Shown: in pieces, positions 19,510 through 36,906 of the stretch
Position numbering within the stretch: position 1 is the stretch's first letter
Layout of the letters: the number at the start of each line of letters is the position of its first letter
Origin: the human T2T-CHM13v2.0 reference genome, Homo sapiens
Reading direction: 5' to 3' (one strand)
DNA length: 64,000 bases
Assembly: GCF_009914755.1 (NCBI RefSeq)
Contig: NC_060931.1
The notes under the pieces: model-generated
The model's input: the letters and a program-made list of their open reading frames with translations, nothing else
What the model was told of the DNA's origin: nothing
Database searches by the model: none
Made by a program: the position numbers and the translations under genes

Positions 19510-20700
19510 GGAGCCATTTAATTTATCAAGGACCTACTGAAGTTCCAGCACTGTACTAGGCAAGAAAAAAGGAAGGTGGATACAAAACGCATATGATTGC
19601 TTCTGTTTTCTAGGAGCTCAGAGTTTAAATGGAAGAGACCGAGGCTTTGTCAGCAGCAATCACACAAGCTATTGGGTGAAATGACAGAGATGCTCTGAGC
19701 ATGTGAAGTGGAGTAGAGAAGACGGCTGGGGGCAGCATGGAGGCTGGTTGGAAAGGCTTTCTGAGTAGGGTGTCACTCAAGCTGAGTTTTAAAGGGCAGA
19801 CAAGCTTAGAAGTTTAAGGAAGGGGATGTGAGGGCGTTTTAGGAAGAGAGGATGTCTGAGCCAGAGGGCAAGGTCAAGAATCAACGTGCAGAGGTTGAGG
19901 GAGACAGCGGTTCTTCTTGCTAAAGTGAAACTTGCAAGGTGATCTACACGGCTGGAGAAGCAGCAACGATGGATCATAAATGACCAGGAGGGAGAAGGGC
20001 CAGTATGTGGACTTTATTCTAAGGGAACAGAGAACGAATAATGGCTGTATAGGCAAGAGACAGATACGTTCAATTTTGTCTCTTAGAAAGATCAGGATGG
20101 TTGCTATGTGAAAAACAACTTGGTGTGGCACAAGGTAGAAGGCAAATAGGCCAGTTAGATGGTGGCTGCCATTTTCTAGGTGAGGAATGATGGTGATGGT
20201 AGGGACGGAGACAGAAAGTCAATTTTATAGACTTAAGATGTAAGATTGGGGCTGGGCGCAGTGGCTCACACCTGTATTCCCAGGACTTTGGGAAACCGAG
20301 CCATGAGGATTGCTTGAAGCCAGGAGCTCAAGATCAGCCTGGGCAACAAAGTGAGATCCCATCTCTACAAAATAACAATGAAAATCAATCAATCAATCAA
20401 TCAGTCAAACTAGCTAGGTGTGGTGGTGCACACCTATAGTCCTGGCTATCTGGGAGGCTAAAGCAGAAGGATTGCTTGAGCCTAGGAATTAGAGGCTACA
20501 TTGAGCTGTGATCATGCCTTGTACTCCAGTCTGGACAGCAGAGCAAGGCCTTGTCTTCAGAAAAGAAAAAAAAGACATAAAATTGGCAGGACCTGTCATG
20601 GATTTGATGTTGAGGTTGGGAGAGATGGAGAAGGTGAGGGGAAAAACAGGAGTCTAGGGATACCCTTGAGATTGTGTCTTGGAGCTGACTGCATGAGTAA
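19510..20700 (-). mobile_element. L2 fragments, split by AluJ at 20250-20573 (+)
   Basis: Purine-rich antisense L2 motifs (AGGAGCTCAGAGTTTAAATGGAAGAGAC; TTTTGTCTCTTAGAAAGATCAGGATGGTTGCTATGTG). Confidence 0.6.
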
Positions 20701-20854
20701 CCTACGAGATCTACACAGGCCTATCCCTCCATGAAGACCAGGTAAACTGGAGCAAGGAAAGTTTTGGACGGAGGAAGGCAGAGAGAATGCAGTTTTGCAA
20801 CCTACCTCCTCGTGTATGTAAAATCCAAGCCCATCTTTAAAAAAAAATAACGTT

Positions 20855-21426
<572 letters not shown>

Positions 21427-22594
21427 TAAAATGAAACACATCAAGTTAAAATTGTTAAAAATAAATGTCCAAAGGCAACAACTTGAGGATGTAAACAGGG
21501 GTGAGAATCTGTAGATTAATGGTACATGTACAATAATTAGGAGGTTTTTGGGAGCCCCAATTGAAGTAATTCTCTCACTTTGTGAACCTCCCTGAAGGTA
21601 GGAGGTGGGAAATTTCCAAAGCATAGTGCTCCTGGGTAATGACGCTCAATTTCTAGGAGCTATTGGGCCCACACAGCCTTTGATGTACAGACTATCAGTT
21701 CCCTAGAATTTCTTTCTTGTCACCCACTGATATAAACACCTTTGAGTTACACATTCCTGAAACTCACCAAGAATTATCTTCCAGAAATGTACTGAAATGT
21801 CTTTGTCTCAGCTTGGCAGCTTCATTTTTCAGCTCTCTAAATCCAGCTCTGGGTCAGATGTAGCAACTTGCCCGTGTGCCAGCACCAATGTTATTATAAA
21901 ACCACATTGAAATAATTTTTGTGACAGGTTTGAGTAGTAAATAGAGAGATAGCTTAGTCTAGCAAAGCACTTTTCAATTTTAAATAAAAAATCTCCTTTA
22001 AAAGGAAAAACAAATCCCCTCATACCTCTAGCATTGGCTGAAATTATTTTTTGTTACTGAATCATATACATTGAATGGGACATAAATTCCTTATGCTTAC
22101 AGTTCTTAAACTATAAAACCAAAAGAGATACTCAAATTAAATTTAAACAAAAATAAAATACAGCAAAAAAATCACAAACCTTGTAAGTTGGTAACATTGA
22201 GTCCCTCTGTAGTTAAGATATAGAAGGCGTTGGCAGATTATTGCTCTGATCATAGTGACTAGAAAATAACTGGATCATGTGATATTTCACGTACTTCAAA
22301 TCTGTGGGTGCAAATACGTTTTAAGGCGTAAATTTCAGATGGGAGAGAGAACTTTCTAGGCAACCAGAGATTGACAAGCTTCTTTCCTAGTGGAATTTGC
22401 CAAGTTTGGGCAAAGGCAGAGGTTCAGGATGACAATGGGCAGAAAACACTGTGAGGAAAAGAGAACCACTGTGATTTTTAATGACCTTGTGGGTTGGCAT
22501 GAAGAATTGGAAGCTGGTTTTTTCTACCTGCCAGTTGTCTCTCACCTGACTTTTACTGAATGCTGGGGCTGTGATTAAGACTAGAGTTTGGTTA

Positions 22595-23055
22595 TGTTGA
22601 AGTCAAAATAAAAATGTAGAGATAAATCGCTAAATGTAACATTTTATTTGGGAAGCAAGAATTGCCATTTGGGGCATACACAAAGACCAGATGGCCTTCA
22701 ATATGTCCAAAGAACAAAGAGAAGGTTGGAGGTCTTATGAAAAGGAGAAATGTTATGTACTTTTTGGAAAGACAGTTCATTGGCACTAGTAGAGTTTTTT
22801 GGGGAGCTGGCAAGCTCTGACTGCTGAGTGACTGCAATGGGTAAAACTAGTCTTAGATTTGCAGCAGATGGTTTCAGTTGTTGTTAGATAAAACTGGTTT
22901 CAGATTACAATAGGCAGTTTCAGCAGTCAGGCTTGCAAAGAATCACATTTTTGGGATCGTGTCATGTGCCCCAAGTAACTTTTCCTTCTGGCCTCTGGAC
23001 TGTGGTTTTGTTCAACATGACAAGGATGGCCCAGTTCACATGATCAATTTTCACA
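22595..23055 (-). mobile_element. Solo ERV LTR (subfamily uncertain)
   Basis: TG...CA termini, minus-strand AATAAA (TTTATT ~22643) and near-TSD GTTA/GCTA. Confidence 0.65.
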
Positions 23056-23663
23056 GCTAGAAAGGCAGAGAAGGAGTCCCTGCAAACTTTCAGTCCTTGG
23101 AAGCAGGGGCTCTGAAATAAACACAAAAGACGTCTCACCCTTGATATACTTGAAATCAAAGGAGAACTAAAACTAACTTAACCTGAAACCCAATCCCAAT
23201 GCATCTCAATTTCTTGACAGAGAAAAGAAGATATCTTGTCTGGGGAAAATAACATTGGCCTCAGTCTCTATGGTGCTTTTATACACAATATTTGACATGC
23301 AATGACAAAATAAGAGATGTGCTAGGAAGCAGGAAAATGTGTGCCAGTAATACAGAGAAATAACATCTTATGGAAGCAGATCTATGGATGACCCAGGTTT
23401 TAGAATTTGCAGGGGAACTATTATGGATATGTTTTTACAAAACGAAAGAAAATCTAGACCAAAAAAGGATGAAAGATAAAGAATTTCAACAAATAAATAG
23501 ATTGTATATAAAGAACCAGTGTCATTCCTGGAACTTAAAAATGCAGTCTTTGAAAGGAAGAATGCATGGTGGATATGTTGCAGGTTGGGGTGACATTGAA
23601 GACAGGACTTCCAAATTGGTGGAGTGAAAAAAATCAACAATTCCTCTCTTTAAGAACAACTAT

Positions 23664-23903
23664 AGGCTGAGCGTGGTGGTTCACACCTATAATCCCAGCA
23701 TTTTGGGAGGCTGAGGAGGGTGAATCATTTGAGGTCAGGAGTGGGGGACCAGCCTGGCCAATATAATGAAACCCAGTCTCTACTAAAAATACAAAAAAAT
23801 TAGCTGAGCATGGTGGCACACTCCTGTAATCCCAGCTACTCAGGAGGCTGAGGCAGGAGAATCCCTTGAACCTGGGAGACAGAGGTTGCAGTGAGCCAAA
23901 ATT
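23664..23903 (+). mobile_element. AluS, 3'-truncated
   Basis: Alu stops after GCAGTGAGCCAAAATTG. Confidence 0.88.
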
Positions 23904-24470
23904 GTCAAAAATAACAATGTATAGAATTCCATACTTTTGTATGTCTTTTGTCAGTTTCTGGAATCCTAAAGAATAGAGTAGCATCATGTTCAAGAATCTC
24001 TCAAAACAACTGGATCTCAGCTAAAATCAGTGGGAATCTGTGATATTTTAGCCTAGGGATGCTCCCATTCATCTTGCTCCCCTTCCCAGCTCTGTTGGGG
24101 CAAGTCATGGGATTAAAATTGGGGCTGTTGTGATTTGCTGTTGAGTGCAGGAAAACCCATGCCCAGGGACATTGTTGAAAACAATAATGGTCTTGGTAGC
24201 AAACAATCTGAGATGGCAAACATCACAGCTAGCCTATCGTTGAAGTAGGCAACAGACAGGTGCATTAGCCAGAAATGTGTGAGATCCAGGTAATGAGATA
24301 GCCATAGTGAGATAGTCTTGATATGCTCCCATTTATTCCTGCTTATCTGCAAGTTTGCATGCATGTTCAGAGTTGCTCATGCATTCGGGAGAAATTGGAC
24401 AGGGCCCCATTTACATTATCTGCAAGCAGAAGAGAGGACAGAAGGCCCAGTAGAAAGTACAAAGTAGGAC

Positions 24471-24647
24471 CAGGACCAGCTACATAATTTGCAGCACCTA
24501 CTGCAAAAATGAAAATGCAGGACCCCTTGTTAAAATTATTGTAAGAATTTCGAGATGGCAATAACAGAGCATTAAACCAAGTATGAGATCTTCCTAAACA
24601 AGGGACGCTGTGTGACCACACAGGTTGCCTACCCATAGTTGGCCCTG
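24471..24647 (-). mobile_element. MER45A (hAT-Tip100)
   Basis: Termini CAGGACCAGCT.../...AGTTGGCCCTG; the internal sequence matches recalled MER45A. Confidence 0.75.
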
Positions 24648-24822
24648 GCTGAAGCTGAGTTTGAAACAGCCTAAACTTTGTGTTTTCTAAACTGGTAAAG
24701 AGTGAAAGGACTTACTGGCTAAAGGTATTTAAGCACAACCTTTGACCAGTCATTGACTATCACTAGGCAAAGCTGACTCAGAGTCAGACCCTAGAAGGGC
24801 AGGCTTAAAAATAAATGCAAAC

Positions 24823-25130
24823 GGCTGGGTGCAGTGGCTCACACCTGTAATCCCAGCACTTTGGGAGGCTGAGGTGGGCGGATCATGAGGTCAAGAGATC
24901 AAGACCATCCTGGCCAAAGTGGTGAAACCCCATCTCTACTAAAAATACAAAAATTAGCTAGGCATGGTGGCACGCGCCTGTAGTCCCAGCTACTCAGGAG
25001 GCTGAGGCAGGAGAATCACTTGAACCCAGGAAGCAGAGGTTGCAATGAGCTGAGATAGTGCACTCCAGCCTGGCAACAGAGTAAGACTCCATCTCAAATA
25101 AAAATAAAAATAAAAATAAAATAAATAAAT
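24823..25130 (+). mobile_element. AluSc-like
   Basis: Dimer; AAATAAATGCAAAC on both flanks. Confidence 0.9.
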
Positions 25131-25134
25131 GCAA

Positions 25135-28015
25135 ACAAGCAAGCAAAAACATAAAAAACTGGGCAGACACTCCAGCAGCTACACACCATGTGGGAGATAG
25201 AGTCTACAAAAGTAACCCAGGCAAATCACTGAACAAACAAAGTCAGCAACAAGAATGACCCTAGAAGGAGGGAATAAGAAGCCAGAGTTGCAACATATTA
25301 CCTAAAATATTTAACTTTCAACAACAGCAATAACAAAAAGGATGCAAAGAAACAGAAAAGTATGACCAATACCCAGTAAGCAAAGCAGTCAATAGAAACT
25401 AACTTCAGATATTGGTATTAATAGGAAATACTTGAAAGCAGTAGAAACCCATCATACTGAGGAAAAGTATGATGAAAATTTCTCATCATCAAGAAAAAAA
25501 TCAATTAAAAGATAGTCACAATAAGAATTTAAAAATAGAAAATAAAAATAAGTAATAAAAATATGTAAATTGTGGAATTGAATAGTACAAAAATTTAAAA
25601 ATTTATTAAAGGGATCAAAAGAAATTGTGATGTGAATTGGCAGAAGAAAGAATTGGTGAACTGGAAGATAGACCAGTAGAAATTATCTAATCTAAAGGAA
25701 AGTGAGAAAAAAGAATAAAGAAGAGTAAACAATGCTCAATGACCTGTGGAAAACTATTAAGCACACCAAAAAGGGGTTCTAGAAGCAGATAAGAAAAAAG
25801 GGCAGGAAAAATACTCGAAGAAATAATGGCTCAAACCTTTTGAAAAGGTTTCATGAAAAACATTAATCTGTACATCCAAGAAGGCCAACACACTCTAAGT
25901 ATTATAAATATGAGGAGACACAGTCCTAGATACATCAGTGAAAGAAATTAAAAATCTAAATAAATGAAGAGAAATTCTATGTTCATGTATTGGAAGTCCA
26001 ATACTGTTAAGATAGCAATCCTCTCAAATTGAGCTATAGAGTGAATGCAACACCTATCAAAATTATAGCAGTCTTTTCTAATTTTTGGAAAAATTAACAA
26101 GCTAATACTAAAACTTACATGGAAATGTAAAAAAAAGTCAGAATAGGCAAAACAACTTTGAACAAGAGGAAGAAGGCTTGAGAACTTTCAGTAGCTGATT
26201 TCAAATGTCATTACAAAATAATAATGACAGTGTGATAATAGCATAAGGATAGACATATGTGTTAATGGAACAGAATAGAATAATCAGAAATGAACCCTTA
26301 CATTTATGGTCAATTGGTTTTGACAAGGGTTTCAAGGCAGTTCCATGGGGGAAAAGATAATCTTTTCAACAAATGGTACTGGAAAAATTGGATATTCATA
26401 TGCACCAATAAAGAACTTATACTTTCACATCAAGTCATATGCAAAAATTGGCTCAAAATGGATTATACAGCTAACTGTAAGAGCTAAAATTATAAAACTT
26501 CTTAAAAAAAAACTAAGAGAAATTATTGTAACCTTGGTTTAAGTAAAGATTTATTATGTATAATACTGAAAACATGATTTTTATGAAAAGAATTGATGAA
26601 TTGAACTCTTTAAAACAATAAAAAAACTTTTGTACTTCAAAAGATATCTTTAAGAAAATAAAAAGAAGCTACTGACAGGAAGGAAACATTTTCAAGTCAC
26701 ATTCTTGAGAAAGTACTTGCATCTAGAATATAGAAAGAACTCTCAAATTTTAATTAAAAGATAAACAACTTAATTAAAAACAGCCAAGAAATTTGAATAG
26801 ATATTTTACCAAAGAGATATACAAATGGTTAATAATTACATGAAAAGATGCTCAACACCCTTAGTCATTAGGGAAATGCAAATCAAAACCATTATACACT
26901 GCTAGAATGATTATAATAAAAAATATTGACATTACCAAGTGCTAGTCAGTGTATGGAGGAACTAGAAATTTCATTCATCACTAGGGGGAATGTAAACTGG
27001 AACAGCAATTTTGGGAAGCAATTTGCAGTTTCTTAAATTGTTAAACCCATACTTATGATATTACTCAGGAATGTCACATTTAGGATCTACAAAAAGAAAT
27101 GAAAATATATTTCCACACAAAGACACGTATGTGAATGTTTGAGGCAGGATTATTCATAACTCAAAACTAGAGGCAGCCCCAAATATTTATCAACTGGTGA
27201 ACAGATTAACAAAATGTGATGATTGTATACAATGGATTGCTATTCAGCAATAAAAACAAATGATTTATATATGTTACATCATTAGACCTCAAAAATGTTT
27301 TGCTAAGGAAAGAAGACAGATGCAAAAAAAGTATGCATTGTAAAATTATGAAAACATTTATAGGAAGCTTTTGGGGGTGATGGAAATGTTCTGAAGTTGT
27401 GTTGTGGTGATGGTTGCGGAACTGTATAAACTTACTAAAAATCAATGGAATGTACACTTATGATGGGTACATTTTATAATATATAAATTAGCTGTCTATA
27501 AAGCTGTTAAAATGTGACAGGACATTATGATAAACAAAAATTACAAGCCCATCTTACTCATGACCACAGATGTAAAAATTCTATCCAGAGCATTAACAAA
27601 CCAAATCCATCAATATATAGAAAAGGATACAGGCCAGGTGCAGTGGCTCATGCCTGTAATCCCAGCACTTTGGGAGGCTGAGGTGGGTGGATCACGAGGT
27701 CAGGAGATCAAGACCATTCTGGCTAACATGGTGAAACCTCGTCTCTACTAAAAATAAAACTTAAAAAAAATTAGCCGGGTGTGGTGGTGGGCGCCTGTAG
27801 TCCCAGCTACTCAGGAGGCTGAAGAAGGAGAATGGTGTGAACCTGGGAGGCAGAGCTTGCAGTGAGCCGAGATAGAGCCACTGCACTCAAGCCTGGGAGA
27901 CAGAGTGAGACTCTGTCTCAGAAAAAAAAAAAAAAAGGATACTATATTACCACTAAACTATGTTCATTCCAGGAATGCAAGGATAGTTGAAGGTTCAAAG
28001 TTGACCAATGCAGTT
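25135..28015 (+). mobile_element. Old L1M fragments (ORF1 remnant, ORF2 3' end/3' UTR, RT piece), with AluY-like 27632-27938
   Basis: A-rich L1-like sequence; ORF remnants NPYIYGQL...LFNKWYWKNW and NYKPILLMTTDVKILSRALTNQIHQYI. Confidence 0.75.
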
Positions 28016-28280
28016 ATCCCAACAGCTTCTGTTGGATTAATGACAACATCTCTGCTGCCTGGCTCAGTGTGTGCCCACACAGCTGGCTAACTAGTTACCT
28101 GTCTTCCCCAGGTGGTTTTTTCACAGCCTGATGGATTCTTCTTGCCCACTGCCTCCCACCACAAAAACAATGAGAACACCAGGTATTGCAGCAATTAAAG
28201 AGTTTAATAATTGCAGTGCCAGCCAAGCAAGAAGACTGGGAGAAATTTTCTTAAATCCATCTCCTCAAGAATTTGGAGGC

Positions 28281-28589
<309 letters not shown>

Positions 28590-28853
28590 AAGAATTTGGA
28601 GGCTAGGGTTTTATAAGGGCACTTTGGCAGGCAGGGGGCTGGGACACTGAAACAACTGATTGGTGGAGGATGAAATCACAGGGTGTCTAACATCGTCTTT
28701 ACACAATTGAGTCAGTTGCCAGGAGGACACCTCAGGACCAGGTGGCTTCGCTTGGTCTGCTGAAATGCTAAATCTGAAAAATAACTGTAAAGACCAGTTC
28801 AATAGGTTTCACAGTAGTGATGTTATCTACGGAAGTACTTGGGGAAGTTATAA

Positions 28854-29152
<299 letters not shown>

Positions 29153-29920
29153 AGGAAGTCATAAATCTTATGACCCCTGCAGTTATGTGACTCTGAGGCA
29201 GTAAGCAATTTATTAAAAAAATAAGCTAAGCAATGGCAGCTTATTGTTTACCTTTGCCTATTCTTTAGCAAAGTTTAAGCCACTATTATAATTTTAATCT
29301 TGTCTTATGCAATATCCTAACAAGGGGTAGGCATCAGTTTTTCTTCTCTCAAAGTTTAACTACAAACTAAACTCCTCTTATAGTTATCTTGGCCTCCGCA
29401 CTAGAATAAGCAAAGCAAAACAAAACAATTCAGCCTGTGAAGTTAGAAGCAAGATGGATTCAATCATGTTAGATTTTTCCCATTACTTTTAATTCTGCAA
29501 AAGCAGTTTCAATTTAGGCATCCAGTCCCCTGCCTTGAGTGTAGCTTCATCTGACACATGGACTGGGCTGCTACCTGTGCCTATACCATGAGGCACATGC
29601 TACACTTCTGACTGAGTGAGGCTCAGCTGCAGCTTGAAGCAGATGGGCTTTCCTACAGTTAACTTTCCAGAGTAAGCAGGAGATACCCATCCAGTCCATG
29701 TATTTGGCGGCCATTACTATGGCTGTGCAAGTGCTGGTAATGCCGTTGTCCATGATGGTAGTGAAAAGTCCATGAAACTCACTATACATAATCTTTAAAG
29801 AGGATTTCTGTAGAGGAAACCCTCAATGTGGCCACTTTTTTTGCACTGTTGGAGAATATTTAATTCCATTATAGAGGAAAGGAAATAAATAGGATGGGTG
29901 AAAATTTATAAAATATGTTA

Positions 29921-30805
<885 letters not shown>

Positions 30806-30969
30806 ATCATGTCCCTACTAGAATGACAGATATGTCACCCTCAAATTGGCTACCCATGAGTGCGCCTGCTATGATCCCATTCTGGCCCACATTGCTCTGC
30901 TCAAGAAAATGCAGATAAAATCCTTCGATGTTCATTAGCCTAATTGTTGCCTTCCCTAGAGGTGGGCAT

Positions 30970-32127
<1,158 letters not shown>

Positions 32128-32332
32128 GCAATGCCATATTATGTTTCAAATTCTATATTAAATCCATGTTGCAAGAGTACAGAGGTTAACTTAAAATTTA
32201 AAACTCTGCTTTCCTTTTCTCCTTCCTTTTTTTTCTTCTTTTCCTCTTTCTTTCCTTCCTTTCCCTCACCTTCCTAAATAATCAGTCCTAAAGCCATTAG
32301 GTAGGGCAGAGCAAGAGACGTATCCATGGTGG

Positions 32333-32960
32333 TGTTATGGGAAAGGGGTCTGAATCCAGACCCCAAGAGAGGGTTCTTGAATCTTACGCAAGAAAGAATT
32401 CGGGGTGAGTCCATAGAGTGAAAATAAGTTTATTAGAGAAGTAAAGAAACAAAAGAATAGCTACTCCGCAGGCAGAGCAGTGGTATGAGCTGCTTGGTTG
32501 AGTATACTTACAGTTATTTCTTGATTATGTGCTAAACAAGGGGTGGATTATTCATGAGTTTTCCTGAAAAAGAGCAGGCAATTCCCAGAATTGAGAGTTC
32601 TTCTCCCTTTTAGACCATATAGGGTAATTTCCGGATTTTGCCATGGCATTTGTAAAATGTCACGGCACTGGTGGGAGTGTCTTTCAGCATGCTAAGGCAT
32701 TATAATTAGCATATAAGGAGCAGTGAGGACAACCAGGTCACTTTCATTGCCATCTTGCTTTTGGTGGGATTTGGCCGGCTTCTTTACTGTATGCTGTTTT
32801 ATCAGCAGGGTCTTTGTGACCTGTATCTTGTGCAGACCTCTTACCTCATCCAGTGATTAAGAATGCCTAACCTCCTGGGAATGCAGCCCTGCAGGTCTCA
32901 GCCTCATTTTACCCAACCCCTATTCAAGATGGAGTCACTCTGGTTTAAATGCCTCGGACA
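32333..32960 (-). mobile_element. MER41 (MER41B-like) solo LTR
   Basis: Minus strand TGTCCGAGGCATTTAAACCAGAGTGACTCCATCTTGAATAGG... with perfect TSD GTGG. Confidence 0.88.
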
Positions 32961-33311
32961 GTGGGGACCCATGATGGCCCAGAGTAGAGAGTCAGAGCCC
33001 AAGTGGGGAGAGAGGAATGTCCATGCTGGGATGGCCAGAGTAGAACATCAGAGCCTTAATGAATTGATCACATCGCATGTAAAATTCAATTCCAGATTCA
33101 TTGTAGCCGTAAAGTGAGAAGCAGAACAACAAGCCTCTAGGAAATGATATACAAGAATATTTTCTGACCATGGGGGTAGGAAAAGTTTCCTTAAAAAGGG
33201 CCATGAAAATCACAAAAGAGATTACACATTAAAAATAATAGCCTGTTTGAAGATAAAAGATTTTCTTAATTAAAAAAATAAGATAAAACACCTTTAAGAG
33301 GGGGGAAAAAA

Positions 33312-34375
33312 AGGCAGTCTTCCTCCTGTTTCCTGGCATACAACTCCTAAAATCCTTGGACTTGCCAAAGTGCAGGCTTTTTGTATGCTCATGTTGACTG
33401 ATAGCTGCAGGGTGGGGCTGGTCACCTGAAGACAAATGTATGATTAGGGGGTTGAGACTTAACCTCGTCTCCCAACCTCAAAGGAAGGGTGGGAGCTGAA
33501 GGTCAAGTTGATCTGATCACAACAGCCAATGGTTTAATCAATCATTCCTAAGTAATGCATCCTCCATAAGAACTCAAGAGGACAGGATTTGGAGAACTCC
33601 CAGATAGCTAGACACATGGAGGTTCCTGGAGGGTAGAGCGACTAGGGAGGGCATGGAAGTGCCACACCCCTTCCCCCTTACCTCACCCTAGGCATCTCTT
33701 CATCTGTATCCTTGGTAATATTGATACAGGAGATATAAAGAAACTATTTAGGCAGATAGGGCAAAAGAGTCCTTGGTACGGTTTCCCTTTTAACAAAAAG
33801 CAGCCCCAAATCATTTCTTTTCTAATGAAGAGCAGTCTGAAAAAGCAAGCTGCAAACGTAGATAAGCAAGCTGGAAGCTTGCTTGGGTGAATACTAGCAG
33901 CAGTGCCAATAGAGCAGGGCTACCTGAGGGCCAGGCATGTTCAATATGGTGGCTCCATCTCCCCTTTTCTTTGTCACCATGTGTGCAGTAGAGGAACAGG
34001 CCACATGGGTGGCCAGCTTCGTTGTGTGCTATGCAAATGGCACACCTAGTCCTAACCAGTTTTTCGCGCACTATGTAAATGGCACACCTGGTCCAACCAA
34101 TCTTTTGCACCCTATGTAAATCAGACCCCACCTCCTCAAGCTCATCTATAAAAGCTTCTGCATTTCACTGCAGAAGCGGAAACCCATTCTCTCCAGGACC
34201 CCCTCTCTGTGCTGAGAGCTCTTTTCTTTCTTTTGCCTATTACACTTCTGCTCTTAACCTCACTCTGGAGTGTCTGCATCCTAGTTTCTGTGGCCGTGAG
34301 AAAACAAATCTTGAGTATTTACCCCAGACAATGATGTCGCTTCAACATCCCTTACAATAAACCAGTAACTGTTAA
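33312..34375 (+). mobile_element. MER21-like LTR interrupted by an LTR9-like element
   Basis: GCATCTCTTCATCTGTATCCTTGGTAATAT resumes as CCCTTACAATAAACCAGTAA. Confidence 0.65.
33722..34344 (+). mobile_element. ERV1 solo LTR (LTR9-like)
   Basis: TGATACAGGAG...GTCGCTTCA; near-TSD ATAT/ACAT; TATAAAA at ~34147. Confidence 0.8.
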
Positions 34376-34409
34376 AGAGAGAGAGAGAAACAGAGAGAGA
34401 GAGAGAGAA

Positions 34410-35640
34410 AGAATGAAAAGGCAGTCAAACAAGTGAAAAGAGACATTTGTGATGAACAAACCAACAAAGGGCTTGTGAAAGAATATATAAATAGCTTCTA
34501 TAAATCAATAAGAAAGACAAACAACAAAAACTAAAACTGGATAAGACATCTGAATAAATACTTCAAAAAAGAGCATATTTAAACATCCAATAATCACATG
34601 AAAAGGTATTAAATCTCATTAGTAATTATGAAAATGCAAGTTAAAACCACAAGTTATAGCACTACCCATTGGGTCTGCATAGCTGAAATTTAAAAGTCTG
34701 ACAATAATAAGTTTATTGGCAACGATGTGGAGCAGAGGGAATTTTCATATACTACTTGTGGTGTTTAAATTGTTAAAACCACTTTGGAAAATAGTTTTTT
34801 AAAATGTATTAAAGCGAAAGATACCACATATCCTGTGACCAAAAAAATTTGCTCCTAAACATTCCACCCAATATAAATGCGTCCTTATTGCATGCTGAAA
34901 GACATAAAGAAGGATGTTTCTTGACAGCATTACTCATACAATATATGTCAACAATAAAGAAGTCATAACTAAAGTATATAAAAAACACAAGCCAATAAGA
35001 AAATAACCAATAGAACTATAGACATAAAATACAGTCACTTTACAAAAGAAGATATTCAAACTACCAATAAACAGGGGCTAATTTCATGAATAATCAGAGA
35101 AACCACAGTAAACTAAAACCACTATTCAATAACCCTGTACATCCATCTGAATAGTTAAAAGCAAACAAACCGAACCCTCTGACAATTCTAATGGTTGACA
35201 AGGATATATGGAGTAATTAGAACTCTCATATATTGCTAGTGGGAGTTTAAACTTTTACAACATCATTTGGCTGTTTTTATTAAAGTTAAACATATGCCTA
35301 CTCTGTGACCTAATAATTCCACTGCTAGGGAATATACCTAAAAGAAATGTGAACACATGCATCAAAAGACATTAACAGCGGCAGTATCTGTAATAGTTCT
35401 AAAATGAGACAACTCAAGTTCATAAACAAATAATTGTGATGTATTAATTCAGTGGAATGCTTTACAGCAACAACATTAACAAGCCAGTTCTACACACAAC
35501 CACTCAAATGAGCCTCACAAACAATGTTGAAAGATGTCCTGCACCAAGAAGGCGTCACGTGTGACTTCATTTGTAGGAAGTCAAACAAATAAGAAAAACG
35601 GAAATAGAGTGATTAGGGATGCATGGTTAGGTGGTGAAAC
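34410..35640 (+). mobile_element. Old L1ME-like 3' fragments
   Basis: Two successive degenerate L1 ORF2 3'-end segments. Confidence 0.6.
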
Positions 35641-36098
35641 TGCAGCTACACCAGACCAATCTGGTTCAACTTTTATGTAACAGAGTTGTGAGTTGCTTTT
35701 CAGCTGCCATGAACCCTCAGGCATGCCAAGATGCCTTGAGCATGCCAAGAGGAAACAAATGTGCAACCATAGGGGGAACCTAAGTGCTCAGGCCAGGAAA
35801 GGGGACTGAATTAAGAAGGGGACACCACATGGCAGGATCCAGGATCCAATCAGATTGTGCTCTGGCATCACCCCATTGCAAGATGCCTCCAAGCATCACC
35901 TCATTGCAAGATCCACTCAAATCACACCTCATTACCTGACCTGAGTGCACAGCTTAAGGAGGCACTGCTTTGGGAGCTGTCTCTGGTGTTCTCCTTACTT
36001 ATTACAAGTAATAAAATCCTCATGCTAAATCCTCCTTAGTTGTGGTCATTGTGTTGCCACCGGCCAAGTGACAAAACCCACTTGTTGTGTAGGTCACA
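35641..36098 (+). mobile_element. ERV1 solo LTR (subfamily uncertain)
   Basis: TG...CA termini, AATAAA ~36010, internal CATTGCAAGAT repeats and near-TSD AAAC/GAAC. Confidence 0.6.
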
Positions 36099-36132
36099 GA
36101 ACTATGAGAAAAAGCAAAAAAGTGCTTACCGT

Positions 36133-36836
36133 TGACAAAGATTCTCTCCTTGGCCAAACTCTAGCCAGGTTCCTTGGAGTGCTTTTGAGTAGACCTTGAC
36201 TTTGGCTTATAAAAACTAGAGATTCTCAACATAAATGATTTAGACTTAAATGAACACTAACGTAGTTTCTAGCAACTCAAGAATATATCCCTTAGATGAT
36301 CCTGGACCCCCTTAAGCAACATACCTGAGGACCTCAATGCTATCAAGTGAACTTACTGTTTTTTCCAGCCAACACCTGACCATAGGCCCCTGACCGTACT
36401 TACAGTATTTACTAAAAAGTTCTTACAATTGTGAATCCTTCCTCTGTCCCTTTGGGATGTATATGTATCTCCTACAACTAGGAGTGGTTTTCACAAGGAT
36501 AGAAAAGCCATTCCTTTAAAAATGTAATCATCAGGAAGGAGATGGCCACTGCCTCCCAGTCTGTATGGGAAGATAGAGTTTAACTTTGATATTGCCAGCT
36601 AGTACATTCAGCTGGCCTTATCAGCACTTACACTCACAAACCCTTTGTAATTTTTCCACTCCTTGCTTCTCCACTTGCCCACTCCCTATTCCTTCATCTC
36701 CCTGTAAAATGCCCAGTCACCTCTGGACAAATTAGAGTTCAGTTCATGTAGGATCCTCTTCCCTAGTGCAAAAGTTATCACAGATTAAAATGGGCTTACC
36801 ATTTTAACTAGTGTTCTGCCTTTGTTTGTATTTCAC
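36133..36836 (+). mobile_element. MER31/MER67-like LTR
   Basis: Starts TGACAAAGATTCTCTCCTTGGCCAAACTCTAGCCAGG. Confidence 0.6.
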
Positions 36837-36906
36837 GCCATAAAAATGGAGTGAGGGAGAGGGTAGAAAATAGTGATGGGAAGGCACAGAGGGAGCTTCT
36901 GGGTGC

